The position numbers and the translations under genes are program-made. 64,000 nucleotides of DNA from an uncultured Acidobacteriota bacterium (lineage in GTDB: Bacteria > Acidobacteriota > Blastocatellia > RBC074), in contig CAWCKY010000007.1 in the NCBI GenBank assembly GCA_963796275.1, positions 1,007,383 to 1,071,382 of the forward strand. Direction: 5' to 3'. Below the pieces are notes generated by a model, which saw nothing but the letters and a program-made list of their open reading frames with translations, was not told where the DNA came from and did not search any database. Below are positions 1-8,437 of this stretch, piece by piece (within the stretch, counting starts at the first letter, position 1; each line of letters begins with the position of its first letter).

Positions 1-5
1 AAGAG

Positions 6-1371
6 TTGCTGGAATCCGAAACGAAGCTGCAACAGGCAGCCTCCCAGACCGATGAAGCCGAGCAGTCGCGAGCCGATGCTGAAAAGGTCGTCGAAGTCGC
101 TCAGGCGGAGATCGCTGAACTTCGCCGGGATGCCGAGCAACGCTTACAGGAACTATCGCGGCGCCGCGCTGAATTTGCCGCGAAAACCGAGCGCCGTAGA
201 GGCGTCCAGAACGACATCCGCAGGCTCGAGTCCGAGGCGAACGATCTGGAAAATCGATTGGCGCGTTCGCGCATGGAGGCCGTCGAGGCTGACGATCAAA
301 CGAACGCGATACAGTCGTCTATTCACAACATGGCCGAGCAGATGCAGAAGCTGATGGCTGATCAGCAGCTCCAGGCCGCAGAGCTGGAACAGCGCGGCGC
401 GGCTTTGGCCGCGGCTCGCGAAAGCCTCGAATCGATCGATCTCGCCTTGCGCTCCGCCCGCGAGGCTGCAACTCAATCCCGCGAGGAGCGCGCGCAGAGG
501 GAGATCGAGATGACTCGCTTGTCCAGCAATCTCGAGCACCTCATGCATTCCTGCCAGATGGAATTGGGCGAGAATATCGCCGAGGTATCTGAACGACTGG
601 AAGCAGGTACTGACGAGCAGATGCCCGAGACGGCTCAATTCCCTGCCGGCGATGCAGATCAGGAAGACCAGGAAGATGTGGGAGAGATATCGGTCTCTTT
701 CTGGAACGTTCCGGAAGACTTCAACCTCGAGGAAGCAAAGGCGCGGCTTGATGAGTTGCGTTCAAAGATCGATGGACTGGGACCAGTCAATATGATGGCT
801 CTCGAGGAACTGACTGAGGTCGAAGAGCGCTACCTTTTCCTCATCACACAAAAAGAGGACATAGAGAAAGCGATTTCCGACACACAAGCTGCCATTGCGG
901 AGATCAAACGCCGGTCGCGGGAAAAATTTGTGGAGGCCTTCCACGCGATCAATGAGTACTTCAAACGAATGTTTGAGGAACTATTCGGCGGCGGGCATGG
1001 CGAGATGCGACTGATCGACGAGACCGATGTCCTCGAAAGCGGGATCGAGATAATCGCGCAGCCGCCCGGGAAGCGGCTGCAGAATGTCCTTCTGCTATCC
1101 GGCGGAGAAAAAGCGATGGCCGCGCTCTCACTGGTGATGGCGATTTTCAAGTATCGCCCTAGCCCGTTCTGCCTGCTCGATGAGGTCGATGCGCCACTCG
1201 ATGACATGAATATTGGGCGGTTCGCCGACAAGATACTCGAGATGAGCACAAATACTCAGTTTATGGTCATCACCCACAGCAAGAGGACTATGGAAGCGGC
1301 GAAGGTTCTTTATGGCGTAACGATGGAAGATACCTGGTGTGTCAAAACTGATATCGGTAAAGTTGACTTGA
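6..1371 (+). CDS. smc: Chromosome segregation protein SMC, C-terminal part (coiled coil + C-terminal ATPase half); 5' end lies outside the window
   Basis: GPVNMMALEE, LLSGGEKAM signature, FCLLDEVDAPLD Walker B/D-loop, VITH. An extra A at ~1332 shifts the conserved end MED-PGVSKLISVKLT*, whose true stop TGA is at 1369-1371. The ORF track reads through to 1478. Confidence 0.95.
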
Positions 1372-2638
1372 GGTCGATCTTGTTTGAGAAGGAAGATCGA
1401 TCTTCTACCACGTTCTCCAGAATCAGGACCTTGTACAGCAGCCTGCCGAATTCCTTAGCGACGATCGAACGCAGGTGAACGCCGCGCAGCAGCTCGGCTC
1501 CCGGTTTCGCCGGTATACGGCCGATCAGATGCTTCCGATACCTGAGCCGGACGCTCTCCGGCCGATTCTCGTCGAGTAATCTTTCAGCAGCCTCCAACCC
1601 ATCGTATAGGTCTATTTCAACTTCGCCCCTTCCCGCATTCGCCTTTGTCGATCCGCGCGCCTGAAATCCACTCAACTCCTGTTTCGTCTTCAATTCGCTG
1701 GCCACACCGACCCAATAAAAATAATCGAGCACGATGTCTACCAACGATCGCCAGCGATATCGCCGGCGCGCCAGTTTTAGCAATCTCAGATGCAGACGGA
1801 GGATGAAGACGATGGTACGGGCGGCTCTGGGGCTCTGGAATACTAAGGGCCGCAGGATGCGCGTCAGATTTGAGAAAGGCAGGTTGTAATGGATCAAGGG
1901 GAGTGCGGGGATAATTTCGGGGTGGCGGATGCCGAGCAGGACGTCCCCTCTTCCCTCGTCCTGTTTACGCCTGAATGAGCCATTGAGGTCACGGCATTCG
2001 TAATGGTCGGCCATAGCATCGGCGGCGAATATTAACTCGGCGCCCGCTTTGATGAGGCGCACGCCCAATTCGTAATCTTCATGCGCGTGGCTTGCGGAGA
2101 ATCCTGTGTCAAATCCGCCGGTGCTTGCAAAGAGTTCGGCCCGGATTGAGAAGTTGCCGCTCAGAAAGTCGCGAAATGTGAAGCGATGGCCCTGTTCGCA
2201 CATACGATAGAACATGCCCATCCACCATCTCCGCAGCTCTATCCAATATAAATCAGTGTGATCAGGGATAACCGGACGTGAGTATCCAACCACAACTCGA
2301 TCCGGTTTCTGAAGACGCTCGTGAGCTCTTATGAAACCGGGCGCGGGCACGATATCGTCATCGATGAAGATGAGCAGTCGGCCTTCAGCTCCGGCTGCTC
2401 CAAAGTTGCGTGCGTCGGCCGCCCCCCTCCCAGGCACCTCAAAAACTTTCATCTTGAATGGAGCTGTGTAGTCCTGAGCCATAGCGATGGTATCATCGAT
2501 ACAACGGTCAGCCGCTACAATAACTTCCAGCTGATGCATCGGATAGTCTTGAGAGCATAAGGCGTCGAGCGTGCGCTTCAAGGCATCGCTCCGGTTATGG
2601 GTGGGAATGATGATGCTGATTTTTGGACTGTGTGTCAT
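1310..2638 (-). CDS. Glycosyltransferase family 2 protein
   Basis: ISIIIPTHNR, AARNFG-like, LIFIDDD (DxD), GGFD, HEDYELGVRL motifs. Confidence 0.9.
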   Translation of the reverse strand: MTHSPKISIIIPTHNRSDALKRTLDALCSQDYPMHQLEVIVAADRCIDDTIAMAQDYTAPFKMKVFEVPGRGAADARNFGAAGAEGRLLIFIDDDIVPAPGFIRAHERLQKPDRVVVGYSRPVIPDHTDLYWIELRRWWMGMFYRMCEQGHRFTFRDFLSGNFSIRAELFASTGGFDTGFSASHAHEDYELGVRLIKAGAELIFAADAMADHYECRDLNGSFRRKQDEGRGDVLLGIRHPEIIPALPLIHYNLPFSNLTRILRPLVFQSPRAARTIVFILRLHLRLLKLARRRYRWRSLVDIVLDYFYWVGVASELKTKQELSGFQARGSTKANAGRGEVEIDLYDGLEAAERLLDENRPESVRLRYRKHLIGRIPAKPGAELLRGVHLRSIVAKEFGRLLYKVLILENVVEDRSSFSNKIDLKSTLPISVLTHQVSSIVTP

Positions 2639-2657
2639 AAGAATATAGAGGAAATCG

Positions 2658-3866
2658 TTATTTCCTCCGCCTTTCTTCTCTCGAGCGGCGGATCCGCGAT
2701 ATGAAATAAGCCCATGGACCGAAGAGACAACCGCGCAACTCGGCCAGAATCAGATCGGGCGGCAATCCCCCGGGGCGTCCCAGCAGCGAGCGAATGAGGG
2801 TCGCAAGCTGTTGGTGGCGAAACCATGCCCACGGCCCCTTCATCACATCTATTTCACCCTCGCGCATTATGCTGCGCGTCCAGGCTGCATATGCTCCGAC
2901 TCCGTATCCGTAATATGTTCTGCGCAGTTCTTCCAAGGTTCGGCGGTGGCGATGCCAGCTCAGGGCGGCAGGTTCGTATACGATACGAAACCCCCGGCCA
3001 AGGATGCGCGCAATGTATTCGGTGTCTCCTCCCGAACAGGTCAGTGTCCCGGCGTCTAGCGCCTCGTCAAAGTCCCCGATATGCTCCAGCGCGCTTCGCC
3101 GCAGCGACATATTGGCTCCGGCGCCTGCTCGGCCTGCCTCCCACGGGCAAAGATTGCAATTGTCAAAAACCACTCGCTTGAATCCTCGACCGAATGGGCT
3201 GTAGCGCTCGAATATTTCCTGAGCCTCGGTCTCCAACTCGAGCGGCATGGTCAAACCGGTAACGCACATCACCATGGGATCGTCGAAATTCCTGAGATGC
3301 GCTCTGAGCCAATACCGATCAGGGGAGGCGTCGTCATCGCAGAAGACAACGATTTCACCGTTGGCTTCGCGCAGCGCTCGGTTGCGAGCGATGTTCAGAC
3401 CCGGGCGCTCCTCGTAGATGTAGCGTATCCGCCTGTGTAACTTCACCAGATCGAATGTATCGGTAGTGGAGGGACAGTTATCGATGATGAGTATCTCCTG
3501 CTGGTCATCCGGAAGCTCGCGGATAGCTTGAATGCATCGTCGCAGATCCTCTGTACGATCGCGCGTGCAAATTGCAATGGTTGATGTGCTCGACGGCTTG
3601 TCATCCAACGATGGCAGTTCATCCCATCCCAAATAATCTTTTATCCAGTTATCCCACAGATGCTGTTCGGAGACGGTTCTGAGGACCGCGCTATGGAGCA
3701 TCACGGGGTCCAGGTGGCCGTCGATGACCGGCAACGTGAATTTGTCTATCGGTTGCCGGCGCCAGCGAATCAGAATGAGAGCCTTGTCGTAATTGTCGAG
3801 CCCGTTGATCTCATAAGGTAGCTGCTGAAGATCAAAGTCTAAAACCGCAGTGGCCATATGATCCAC
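2658..3866 (-). CDS. Glycosyltransferase family 2 protein with N-terminal extension (start may be the ATG at 3857)
   Basis: IAICTRDR, IIDNCP, ARNRAL, VFCDDD, GAGANM, GGDTE motifs. Confidence 0.9.
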   Translation of the reverse strand: MDHMATAVLDFDLQQLPYEINGLDNYDKALILIRWRRQPIDKFTLPVIDGHLDPVMLHSAVLRTVSEQHLWDNWIKDYLGWDELPSLDDKPSSTSTIAICTRDRTEDLRRCIQAIRELPDDQQEILIIDNCPSTTDTFDLVKLHRRIRYIYEERPGLNIARNRALREANGEIVVFCDDDASPDRYWLRAHLRNFDDPMVMCVTGLTMPLELETEAQEIFERYSPFGRGFKRVVFDNCNLCPWEAGRAGAGANMSLRRSALEHIGDFDEALDAGTLTCSGGDTEYIARILGRGFRIVYEPAALSWHRHRRTLEELRRTYYGYGVGAYAAWTRSIMREGEIDVMKGPWAWFRHQQLATLIRSLLGRPGGLPPDLILAELRGCLFGPWAYFISRIRRSREERRRK

Positions 3867-3960
3867 TTCTCTGCCCTTCAGAGGAGATGGAGGTTATGTT
3901 TGGAATGGAGTTGGATTCTCGATCCGGTTGGGGTTATATTCTAGCTGAAAATCCTCCAAT

Positions 3961-4908
3961 ATGAAATTTTCAATGATCGAGAGGCGAGAAAATCCATATA
4001 ATTCCGCATTGGTATCGATTGTAATCCCCTGTTATAAGCAAGGGCATTTTCTAGCCGAATCGATCGAGAGCATCCTCTCGCAGACATACCAGAACTACGA
4101 AATCATAGTCATCGACGACGGCTCTCCGGACAATACCGCGCAAGTCGCATCACGCTATGCCGAGGTGAGGGTCATACGCCAGGAGAACCAAGGCCTTTCT
4201 GCCGCGCGCAATAAAGGAATCAGTGAGAGTCATGGGGAGTTTCTGGTCTGTCTGGACGCGGATGATCGTCTGTTGCCGGGAGCGCTTGAATCGGGTTTGG
4301 TCTGTATGGCACGGAGCCCTGAATCGGAATTCGTCTTTGGCCGCTACCGGGGGATCAAAATAGATGGTGCACCGACAGGTGTAATTTCGAAATTGAGCGA
4401 CGAGAACATCTATTTGGGGCTTCTGGCCAGAAACTGTATTGGCCCTTTGGCCCCGGTGATGTTCCGTCGACGCGTCTTCGACAAAGTAGGAGGGTTCGAT
4501 ACGAGCATAAATTCTGCATCGGACTATGACATATATCTGCGGATATCGAGCAGCTTTCCTACTCACAGATATGATGAAATTGTTGCCGAATACCGCGTAT
4601 ATGATTCGAGTATGTCCGCGGATATGGGATTGATGCTGCGTTCTGTCATCATTTCATTGCGATTGCAACAAAGATACGTGAAGGGTGAAGTTGAGCGCGA
4701 ACGAGCATATAAGATGGGTTTGAAGTTCTGGCGGGAATTATATGGCGAGCCTCTTTATAATCAAACATCGAGAAGACTGCGGGATATCGGGAACTGGAGA
4801 CGAACAATCCGCGATTTGTGCTATCTGATTCGTTATTATCCACAATCGATCACACTGCACGGTTCCAGTAGAATCTCAAAACTAATTGCCCACCTGAAGG
4901 GAGCTTGA
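3961..4908 (+). CDS. Glycosyltransferase family 2 protein
   Basis: VSIVIPCY, VIDDGSPD, GLSAARNKG, LDADD, GGFD, SDYD motifs. Confidence 0.92.
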   Translation: MKFSMIERRENPYNSALVSIVIPCYKQGHFLAESIESILSQTYQNYEIIVIDDGSPDNTAQVASRYAEVRVIRQENQGLSAARNKGISESHGEFLVCLDADDRLLPGALESGLVCMARSPESEFVFGRYRGIKIDGAPTGVISKLSDENIYLGLLARNCIGPLAPVMFRRRVFDKVGGFDTSINSASDYDIYLRISSSFPTHRYDEIVAEYRVYDSSMSADMGLMLRSVIISLRLQQRYVKGEVERERAYKMGLKFWRELYGEPLYNQTSRRLRDIGNWRRTIRDLCYLIRYYPQSITLHGSSRISKLIAHLKGA

Positions 4909-4944
4909 CAGATTTACGGCTGGTTCATATAGTGGGACAACTTT

Positions 4945-4986
4945 TGGGAGGTCGTCTAAGGTAAGACTGCGGACTCTGGATCCGCC
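4945..4986 (+). pseudogene. 5' half of a tRNA-Gln(CTG), truncated just after the anticodon stem (putative att junction)
   Basis: TGGGAGG-TC-GTCTAAGGTAAGAC-T-GCGGA-CTCTGGA-TCCGC gives the acceptor 5' strand, D arm and a CTG anticodon arm. No T arm or CCTCCCA 3' strand follows. Confidence 0.85.
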
Positions 4987-5081
4987 TGATAAGGCCGCAG
5001 GCATGGCTGCAAGTTGAATTTGAAGGACTTACAGGTGTAGTGGTGATAACGACAACTCAAATAGAGTGCATTCTGTGTGTA

Positions 5082-5123
5082 AGTGATGTAGGAGTGATGT
5101 AGGATGTGTGCAAATGATGTAGA
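5082..5123 (+). repeat. Three short direct repeats (AGTGATGTAGG x2, ATGATGTAGA) resembling tyrosine-integrase arm-type sites
   Basis: Repeats seen directly, about 100 bp from the broken tRNA. The function is inferred. Confidence 0.55.
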
Positions 5124-5157
5124 ATGCCGCAGTAATTTTGAGTGGGATTTTTGATAT

Positions 5158-5230
5158 TCCGGGATGGTGTAATTGGCAACACGCTCGGCTCTGAACCGAG
5201 AGAGTCTAGGTTCGACCCCTAGTCCCGGAG
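5158..5230 (+). tRNA. tRNA-Gln(CTG), intact, CCA not encoded
   Basis: Acceptor TCCGGGA/TCCCGGA+G, D arm GTGT..ACAC, anticodon arm CTCGG-CTCTGAA-CCGAG, T arm CTAGG-TTCGACC-CCTAG. Confidence 0.93.
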
Positions 5231-5235
5231 CTGAT

Positions 5236-5284
5236 AAAAAGAGGCGCTTTGGTAAATTAACTACCTGAGCGCCTCTTTTGTTTT
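5236..5284. terminator. Intrinsic terminator, probably bidirectional
   Basis: AAAAGAGGCGCT...AGCGCCTCTTTT inverted repeat with A/T tails, between the tRNA and a convergent ORF. Confidence 0.8.
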
Positions 5285-5302
5285 AGTGACTGCCATCGTG
5301 TT

Positions 5303-5581
5303 CTACTCTGTGATGCTGTCGGCACTGGAAAGTGCTTTTCCAGAACTCCTCTTTAGCCCCCAACTCTTCTTCAGCCTGCTGACCTTTGCAAGCATATCTG
5401 TAGCAGAAATAACAAATGGATCGAGATATTGAATCCGTTTCTTTTCACGCTCCCGCTCTCTTTCGGCGAGTTGTTCGTACTCCAAACGTTTGATTTGAGA
5501 ACGCGTTGTGATCAATGCGGTTACAAGAGCCACCGATGCAGCTATTCCGGCAGATATAACAACTCCAACCGATTGTTCCAT
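5303..5581 (-). CDS. Small hypothetical protein with N-terminal TM helix and coiled coil; cassette-like, probably 3'-truncated
   Basis: Hydrophobic N-terminus followed by an E/R-rich helix. Starts ~30 nt after the attC core site GTTATGC. Confidence 0.55.
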   Translation of the reverse strand: MEQSVGVVISAGIAASVALVTALITTRSQIKRLEYEQLAEREREREKKRIQYLDPFVISATDMLAKVSRLKKSWGLKRSSGKALSSADSITE

Positions 5582-5611
5582 TGGACGGTATCCTATAGTG
5601 GATGTTTTGCA

Positions 5612-5672
5612 GCATAACGGTTCGCGTCAGCGGCGCCCGCAAGCGGGCTTCTGCTGCACGCGAATGTTTGGC
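5612..5672 (-). other. Integron-type attC recombination site (61 bp)
   Basis: Minus strand reads GCCAAAC (R'') ... TTCGCGT-G-CAGC ... GCTG-ACGCGAA ... GTTATGC (R'). It is an imperfect palindrome with one unpaired base in the L box and an inner GCCCGC/GCGGGC stem, 5 nt after a stop codon. Confidence 0.78.
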
Positions 5673-5677
5673 AAAGA

Positions 5678-5875
5678 CTACTCAACTGTCTGGAACCAGT
5701 TACAATTAGGGGATGTTTGCCAACGTGTCCAGATTGCGTTGTCGGTGCCCCGAGCGAAGACGTTAATCGGATAGCGCCGAGCCAGCCGATTGACCCACGT
5801 CTCAACATTGCTGGCTGATGTCCCAACTCCTGCCGGACCACCCCCACGAGAAATTGAAGTCTGCGACCACCATCT
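5678..5875 (-). pseudogene. 3' fragment of a PLL-like / Trp-rich beta-propeller lectin repeat gene (cassette remnant)
   Basis: Translates INVFARGTDNAIWTRWQTSPNCNWFQTVE*, ending just before attC. Confidence 0.55.
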
Positions 5876-5877
5876 GA

Positions 5878-6351
5878 TTACAACAAACGAATCACCGTGA
5901 AGCCTTCGGCTTCCGCGGCATCCGAGAGATTTCCATCAGCGCCAATGAAATGGCGTCCGCGCGGTCGGTCAGAACACCAAATCAATGCCGCAGCCAATTG
6001 AAGCGCATCCGCGGCCCGTAGTTTATGTCTCCCCAACAGTCGCTCCGCCTTCTCTCGCACTTCTTCCGACGGTTGGACTTCATTCCAGCGACGGCGCAGG
6101 TGATCCAGCCGAGCGCAGGCCTGTTTGCCGTCTCGGCCTGTGATATAACCTTCACGAATCAGCCGATTGAAAGAACTGATCGCTTCGATCGGGGCTGCCC
6201 ACCAAACTACTTGCCGAGCATAAAGGCGAGCAGCTTGTCTAGCCTGCGTAGTTTGCGACTGAAAACAACACAAAGGTGTAATCCCGCTCGTATCCCAGAA
6301 AGCCGTTAGAATGGCCACAGAAGCAGATTGTCGTTTCTTTTTAGTCTTCAT
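5878..6351 (-). CDS. vapC: PIN-domain toxin (VapC family)
   Basis: AFWDTSG, E helix, LRAADALQLAAA, FIGADGNL PIN motifs. Overlaps the upstream antitoxin; exact start uncertain. Confidence 0.88.
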   Translation of the reverse strand: MKTKKKRQSASVAILTAFWDTSGITPLCCFQSQTTQARQAARLYARQVVWWAAPIEAISSFNRLIREGYITGRDGKQACARLDHLRRRWNEVQPSEEVREKAERLLGRHKLRAADALQLAAALIWCSDRPRGRHFIGADGNLSDAAEAEGFTVIRLL

Positions 6352-6628
6352 CGCGCTCTTGTTCTATGGTCCGGTGTAGAGCTTCAGATGAGATGCGCGG
6401 TGCAGGCAAGTCCCAGAATGATTCATCGAGTTCCCCTTCACCAAGGCGCAACTTTCCTTGTGCTGCCAATGCGAGCAGCTCTGCGTCTTGATCATGAACG
6501 AGTTGCAGAGGCACGATGCGAGCAATAGGCAGATTGCGATCACGGACCAAGATTTCCTCTCCGGCCCTGACCTCATTGAGATACCAACTCAGGCGATTTT
6601 TGAGTTCAGCAATGTTTACGCTCTTCAT
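6341..6628 (-). CDS. Phd/YefM (prevent-host-death) antitoxin
   Basis: MKSVNIAELKNRLSWYLNEVRAGEEILVRDRNLPIARIVP is a canonical Phd N-terminus. The true start is the ATG at 6628. Confidence 0.9.
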   Translation of the reverse strand: MKSVNIAELKNRLSWYLNEVRAGEEILVRDRNLPIARIVPLQLVHDQDAELLALAAQGKLRLGEGELDESFWDLPAPRISSEALHRTIEQERDED

Positions 6629-7122
6629 CAGAAACCTCAAAAGGATACCCCATCCATAGCAGCCATCCTGGGCGGCTTGGATGGGGAGGAATTTTGAGAT
6701 CGTGCGCTAGCACAATTAATTCCATAGCCATCAGCCTTATGAATCACCCGGCAGTATCGATGGCTGATCCCCTGGATCAGGCCCGCAGCGCCAGAGGTTT
6801 TTTGTTTTTATCGATGACTGCTACTTGCATTGTGAGAATGGCCCTTTCGAGCCGCTGGCATTGCTGCCGTTAAGTTAGCCTCGACAATGATGTCTGAGCT
6901 TCTTAGTTCAACGCACTGGCGATTACCCGTAACCGCTGTTTAACGCTAAACGACAGTGGCCACGAACTGGCTATCGCATCCGTGGGTGTCTCGGTTTAAA
7001 CCTAACTCAAACATCGTAGCTGCAAGCCTTTTGCCCCCAGCTTAGTCTGGTCAACCGGGCTCATCGGTTACCCGACAAGCCCCCACTATAGTTGCAAAGC
7101 AACTTAGTGGCGGGTGAGTGAC
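6629..7122 (-). mobile_element. Non-autonomous, internally deleted IS200/IS605 IscB (OMEGA) element, 494 bp
   Basis: Left end GTCACTCACCC and omegaRNA, then the iscB start MQVAVIDKNKKPLA (PLMP domain) joined directly to the C-terminal IQGISHRYCRVIHKADGYG. A right-end hairpin CCCCATCC...GGATGGGG is followed by ATGA. Confidence 0.85.
6835..7122 (-). ncRNA. omegaRNA / HEARO-type RNA
   Basis: Conserved blocks in order directly upstream of the iscB ATG (6830): GTCA..CACCC, GTTGACCAGACT, CTACG, ACACC..GGATGC, CCAGT..CTGT, CATTGTCGAGGC. Confidence 0.82.
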
Positions 7123-7181
7123 AACCTCTTTATCCAAGCATCCATAATCTTTGCGGCTATCATAGTCATACATACATAGCT

Positions 7182-7209
7182 ATTATAGCCATATCTTCTT
7201 AAGATTCAA
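7182..7209 (-). promoter_or_regulatory. Putative sigma70 promoter of the phd-vapC operon with an overlapping operator-like palindrome
   Basis: TTGAAT-16 nt-TATAAT. The imperfect inverted repeat GGCTATAATAGCT overlaps the -10 box. Confidence 0.55.
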
Positions 7210-7249
7210 GTGTTGATTGACCGGCGTGATCTCGTAGCAAGAGACTTTC

Positions 7250-7427
7250 GGAGATATCCAGTTCATAGATAAAAGACTAGGGTTCTGCGCGCCATCTCAG
7301 CCAAACGCTGCCAGAGGTAATTATCGCCGTCACGAATTGACGTGCTGCCTTTTTGGGTGTACTCATCGAAGCTCGACATAATCAGGCATCTTTTGACTTC
7401 ACGATAGGGGTGAGGCTTAAGCGGCAC
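7250..7427 (-). pseudogene. hicA: HicA-family toxin, degraded
   Basis: MPLKPHPYREVKRCL...YTQKGSHV, then broken. The GTG start overlaps the hicB stop. Confidence 0.65.
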
Positions 7428-7627
7428 GCACTTCAATCTCTAGTTTGTGAATCGTCGGTGTGACGGTAGCGACAGGTGGTTCGAAATGCAATATTCAAGT
7501 GCTTCACGTAAATTGTTTAATGCCTCTTCTTCACTATGTCCCTGACTGGCTATATCTACTTCGAGACATTGGCAACAAACCAATCACCTTCCAGTGAGAC
7601 ACTAGCTGTAAATTCTAATCGGTTCAT
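7417..7627 (-). pseudogene. hicB: Short HicB-family antitoxin, frameshifted
   Basis: MNRLEFTASVSLEGDWFVA/CLEVDIASQGHSEEEALNNLREAL/LHFEPP read across two indels. Confidence 0.75.
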
Positions 7628-8031
7628 AATCCTCCAACTGACCGAACTCTACAAAAGAAAGTATACAGTTTAGAGTATACTCGTCAAAATATGCTAAGGT
7701 CAGGCCAGAGTATTTATGGGTTCAATAATCTTCAGGCCGGGCGTACCAATTATTTCCTTCGGTAAGCGAGATAATAGGTTGTAAGTCCGGTTTGGCGCTT
7801 ACTCGGGAACAAAGTTTCATTAGCTCCAAGATACAGTACACTTAGGAACGCTATAGGGGTTGGCCGTACTTGCATTTTGGTAACATCCTCTATGTTTTGC
7901 TGCAAGAATAAGCGGTATCCGGCGCTTCCTCAGGTGGCAATCCGGTGCCGTCGCGCGGGCTCATTGGACCTGGCGTTCGGCAGCAGCGGTGGAGAATTTG
8001 GATACCGGCAGCGTAGTAAGAGGGAAACCAC

Positions 8032-8412
8032 ATGGGCCGTATCTTATGTTCCAAGCATGGCGAATCAGGCATTGCCTTCGTATGTTCGCACGTAAGAAGA
8101 GCCGTGATCTCCAATGAGGCAATCTCGGAAATTCAATATTGGCACTTCGAATTTACGGGTGGGATTGGAATTGAACTATATTTCTGCCCGAATTGCACTA
8201 ATGAACTCCAAATGCATGACCTACCGCGCTCGGGAGAAAAGTCATCAAGTGAACAAGAGGACGATCGCGTTGAGGCGATCATCGCAAAGGTCTGGGATGG
8301 TTCCGATGTGGTATGCTCCAGCTGCCTCTATGACGCAGCTGGAGTTCCGATTCAGACGGCAAGCATATCCGACGTGGAGCAAGGTAACGAACTCTACGGT
8401 GCTCGGAAGTAA
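8032..8412 (+). CDS. Hypothetical Cys/His-rich (putative Zn-binding) protein
   Basis: CSKHG, CSH, CPNC, CSSC motifs; good RBS (AAGAGGG). Confidence 0.7.
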   Translation: MGRILCSKHGESGIAFVCSHVRRAVISNEAISEIQYWHFEFTGGIGIELYFCPNCTNELQMHDLPRSGEKSSSEQEDDRVEAIIAKVWDGSDVVCSSCLYDAAGVPIQTASISDVEQGNELYGARK

Positions 8413-8437
8413 ACGCCACAGCTGCCATAACGACATA

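Noticed and set aside
5082-5123. Short repeats considered as a CRISPR array
   Set aside because: The units are 11 bp with no spacers and no cas genes; no CRISPR array was seen anywhere in the window
4986-5158. Possible intron or permuted/split tRNA joining the two tRNA-Gln sequences
   Set aside because: The second tRNA is complete on its own, its acceptor 3' strand does not match the first fragment (it would need CCTCCCA), and there are no group I intron features
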